In this document: positions 60,002 to 64,000 of the stretch, in pieces | Layout: every line of letters begins with the position of its first letter | How positions within the stretch are numbered: position 1 is the first letter of the stretch | Assembly (NCBI GenBank): GCA_012295275.1 | Contig: CM022665.1 | Location: 10,168,001-10,232,000 of the forward strand | DNA: 64,000 nucleotides | Direction of reading: 5' to 3' | Origin: Chrysomallon squamiferum | Taxonomy: Eukaryota > Animalia > Mollusca | Made by a program: the position numbers and the translations under genes | Notes under the pieces: model-generated | The model's database searches: none | Told to the model about the DNA's origin: nothing | The model's input: the letters and a program-made list of their open reading frames with translations, nothing else

Positions 60002-61967
60002 ATACTTATTATTAATAACTTTAGTTCGATAATCACGATTTCTCCACATTCCACCACCCGAAAAAAGAGACAGAGTTAAAAAGCAACAGATATTTGCTTC
60101 TTTTAACTGTAAGCCGAATAAACTGTTTAGTCACAAGTAAAATGAAGTAGTTGAAATTGCTGATATTATTATTATTATTACTACTACTACTACTAATACT
60201 GCTACTTTCTTACAGATTTCTTCGGATTTTGCGTCCATGTTGTAAGTATTATGACAATTATAAACATAGATTTAATTAGTGAATTTGAGAATTACGTTAT
60301 GAAACATATCATTATGTTTTTGATCTCACAAACCATCTAAAGAATTTTATTTTATTTTATTATTTTTTATTATACATATTTTTAATTATATTATATTATA
60401 TTATATTACATTATATTTTAGAGTTTTATTTGTATTTCATTTAAATCGCATTAATTTATGTTGATCTCTTTTTAGAAATGTAACACCAAGAAGACCAATA
60501 ATTCAGTCAAGAGATGTTGGAAACTTTAAACAGGGGTAAATAGAGAAATATTGTTTTGTATTTGTGCATCTCTTTTTACACACACACACACACACACACA
60601 CATGCATATATATAAGTGTGTGTTTGCATATATATATATATATATATATTCATGACAGCCAGAAATAGCTCAGTATTTCTTTGCATACAGTAAAAAATAT
60701 TGTGTTAAATTAGGTTACTGTCAAAGAGGTAAAAACATTGCATTTTGTTCAATGCCGTCTAACTGGTTCGCTGTTGAGAGCCAGGTCGTGACTTTTGTGA
60801 ATACTGCGAAAAGCCACTCCCAGCGAACCAGTTAACAGAAATACTACTCAGTTCGATAAAGAATACACTATCAGGTAGGGCCGTATTTGGAAACAGTAAG
60901 GTCCTAAGCCAGTGATCGCAAACTGTTTTCATGTATCTCCCATTTTCAAAGGTGTAAATTTGGAATATCAACAAACTCATAATAATTTTAGAATTAAACC
61001 TTAAAAGTTATTTCTTAAAATTTATTTTAAAATATTGTTAAATTTTAACTTTTAACTATTTAAACTCTGTATAAACATGTAAGAGAAACACAACTCCTTC
61101 CTTTTAAATGTGGATTATAACACTACACATTATAAAACACTAGATAAAATTAAGCATAGACATCTGAAAAGTAATAGGTGTCAAGAAAAAAGTATACCAA
61201 TTCTTTGAATGAAATTCGATGCCCACTCATCGTCTCCAAAAGGCGCAGTGTCCATGGTAGCCAGGCAAATGTTCACTGATGAGCACTAGCGCCCAAGTTG
61301 CTGACCATTGAGCTTATCTGAAAGTACCGGACGTTATGAACAAAACATAAAACTGTAACAACTGAACTTGACAAAGAATGCAGCCAAGATGAAAAATAAA
61401 TCTATGCAGAGGAAAGTTTGCTATACTACAATATTAAAAATATTTAATTTCAAGATATTTAGTAAAGAAAAATGATATTAAGATTACTATGTTGCTTTTA
61501 TTTCAGTAAACATATTATGTTATATCAGTAGATTTTATAAATTACACTAAAACTGTTACAAAGATAACATGTTTAGATTTTGAGAGGATCGTTCAGGATG
61601 TGAGGTCCTTAACTTTGGCTTGCTTAGCGTGTGCCTAAACCCAGCTTACAATCAGAATATTTAATCTTTTTGTGCCTTTTTATTCTTCAGATGGGTCATC
61701 AAAGATATACCCATGACTCCTGCAGAAACAGCACGGAAACTTTGCCAGGAATATGGAACAAACGAGATCACAACTGCTGTCATTGTTCATAATCTTGTAG
61801 CTGAGTACAGTGCTAAATCTATATTTGAACACAGAACGACAAAACTCTGGATGAAATTTTGTCACAGTAACACCAACCTTGGATTTTGTGATCTGGAACT
61901 GGATGAAATAGAAGGACCATATAATGATTTATATGAGTCTGTGAAAAAAATTCATTCAAAGTTTTGA
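58896..61967 (+). CDS. ParB/Sulfiredoxin-like domain protein, copy 2 (256 aa), with an unrecognised C-terminal domain
   Basis: Five GT-AG exons (58896-59265, 59886-59923, 60216-60241, 60476-60535, 61691-61967) join in one open frame (phases 1,0,2,2; 771 nt). N-terminus YRPSELYYAQDSI...FVVDGNRRLY...KHTTENGG. Last exon GWVIKDIPMTPAETARKLCQEYG...GFCDLELDEIEGPYNDLYESVKKIHSKF. Confidence 0.8.
59440..59571 (-). mobile_element. Probable single end of a hAT-like DNA transposon
   Basis: Dense TCGAA/ATCGA motifs ending ...GTTGCAAGGCTCTA (reverse complement TAGAGCCTTGCAAC), resembling a TAG-starting terminus with subterminal repeats. No partner end found. Confidence 0.4.
60760..60834. other. Inverted repeat / hairpin in the last intron of ParB-like copy 2
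   Basis: Perfect 14-bp arms TAACTGGTTCGCTG (60760-60773) and CAGCGAACCAGTTA (60821-60834), with an inner stem GTG.CTTTT / AAAAG.CAC. Confidence 0.7.
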
Positions 61968-62113
61968 CGGCAATAAAAAAAAATTTATGAATAATAATAA
62001 TGATGATATAAAAATGAAATGAAAAAAAGAAAGAAAAGAACAAATGAGAAAGTAAACCAAAATAATAATAATAATAAATTAAAAAACAACAACAAAAATG
62101 TGATGGTGATGGA

Positions 62114-62187
<74 letters not shown>

Positions 62188-62190
62188 CAA
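62114..62190. repeat. (AAT)n microsatellite downstream of the ParB-like copy 2 stop
   Basis: Read directly; it explains the spurious poly-I and poly-L ORFs. Confidence 0.95.
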
Positions 62191-63022
62191 TAACTAAGAT
62201 AATTATATTATATATATGTAACTAAATGTAAATAATAAACAATAATATTAAATAAAGCAAATGTCAAAAAGAAGAAAAAATCTAGAAAGAAAACAAAAGG
62301 TAAAAAAATAAAGTAAGTAAATAAATAAGTAAGTATATAAATTAATTAACACAATAAATAATACATAGATATTGTTTCAAATAAATAAATAAATAAATAA
62401 ATAAAGTAAAATAAAATAAAATAAAAATAAAGTGATGTTACTGTCTCGCAATTGTATTCTTAAGGGTGAAAAGTGATCAAATAACATTACCCTAATAAAA
62501 AGTCAGTCAAACCAATGAAATCGGCAACGAAACAGTTGAAATTTAGTCTATTATTTGTAATCTGTTACCGAGGTAGGCGTGTACTAATCTCATCCATTGT
62601 GTAATAGGTGTGTCTTGACAGCCGTCAGTTTGATTTCAGTCCGTTGTGGCGTTCAGTTCAGACGTCAGCAGAAAAACTAAATATCGGAAGTCATCCATGA
62701 TAACAAAATTATTTACGATTGACAAAACCATTTGTTATAATGAATTTGATGCTTTAATAATATGATTTGTAATTTTTTCACTGATATTTAGTGGTTTACT
62801 ACTTGTATTTGATATGTAATTTTTGTCACTGATATTTAGTGAGTTACTATTTGTATTTGAATTTAAAATATTAATTATTTTCTTTTTGGTATATATGTTT
62901 CTCTTATTTTAATTTATGTATATAATTTGAGTATTTTTATAAACTGTTATGCATAATGGTTTTTTTTTGTATGTAAATGTAAATTCATGAGAATAACTCA
63001 CTGACATTTTTTTCCTAGTTTG

Positions 63023-63064
<42 letters not shown>

Positions 63065-63129
63065 ATACTTTTCATTTGCTATTCTTGACAGATATTAAAA
63101 AAGAAATTTTATATAATGTTTTAATTTTA

Positions 63130-63165
<36 letters not shown>

Positions 63166-63598
63166 TAATGTTTTTTCATTTTTTATATAGAATTATTAAT
63201 CATGATTCAATCGTATCTAAAACAAAACTTAAAAGTATTTGTTCTATGTAAAATCACACGTCTAAATTTAGCAGTGCATACCCAGGTGGGCCTACAACAC
63301 CGATTTTCCTATAACAGATAAATCCTTTGTTGCTGACATAATTACGACAGGATACTTTATACTGCCTAACCACGAAACTAGTTCATTACACTGATAGGTG
63401 TAGAACGTGTACACTACACACTTGTTGTTGATTATTACTATATTGTGTGTTTATTTTTCGAACATTTAATCTTAAATCTGTTCAGTTTAATGAGCGTAAA
63501 TTTATAAATCATTTTTGCTTCTATTTTAACATATTTTGTATATTATAAATGTACTGTGATATTTAAATTATTTTTAAAATCATTTTTGCCTTGTTTTA

Positions 63599-63629
<31 letters not shown>

Positions 63630-64000
63630 AATATTGCATTATTAATGTATTTTAAATGACATTGTTTACATAAATATATTTTAGATTGTCTTATTTAACA
63701 AAAAACTATAACTTTTCCTATTATCTTGCAAACGAAAGAAAGTAAAAATAAATAAATAACTAGATAAATAATAATTGTTGTTTGTTGAGCCAACTTGAAC
63801 TTTTATTAGTCAAAACCGGGAGGCTTATTTTATCTTTTAAAAACATTTATTTAACATATAAATAAATATATTTTGGTGAAATAAACCGAGAACATTATCG
63901 CAAAATTTTAGAAAGGCCATTGAATTTTATCCACTGACACTTAAATCTTGAGAAAGATGATTCAGTTAAATGATTTTTCTAATACCTAATTTCCCATGTG

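Noticed and set aside
61276-61325. Hammerhead ribozyme (CTGATGA at 61276-61282)
   Set aside because: The candidate stem II is not followed directly by GAAA, and stems I/III with an NUH cleavage site could not be built.
62500-62710. CpG-containing patch with CCAAT and GACGTCA as the promoter of a further gene
   Set aside because: No associated exon or ORF is identifiable within the window, and the motifs alone are insufficient.

Overview
AT-rich, intron-rich eukaryotic DNA with many microsatellites, most likely from an invertebrate. A lophotrochozoan or mollusc origin is my impression only. The left part (1-27 kb) is ordinary housekeeping territory. It holds the 3' exons of an ARID4A/B-type chromatin gene (+), a convergent NO66/RIOX1 JmjC oxygenase gene of about 20 exons (-), a tRNA-Glu(TTC) and two DNA-transposon MITEs. 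The right part (30-62 kb) is an accessory locus with two tandem spliced paralogs. They share a ~125-aa N-terminal ParB/Sulfiredoxin-like domain (YRPS..Y.QDSI...VxDGNRRL...KHTTxNxG, about 55% identical by manual alignment) but have unrelated C-termini. Copy 1 has internally duplicated exons, and its predicted third intron holds a ~20-kb tandem array of about 35 units of ~530-610 bp. Each unit is built from ~100-bp subrepeats that carry a hairpin and sense-strand splice-signal-like cassettes. Copy 2 ends in an unrecognised ~90-aa globular-looking domain and has ISRE-, kappaB- and CRE-like motifs upstream of a TATA box. The best candidate for an undescribed system is an immune- or stress-inducible, domain-shuffling animal ParB/Srx-fold gene family with an intronic structured satellite. 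All gene models were built by hand from splice signals and reading frame, with no database searches.
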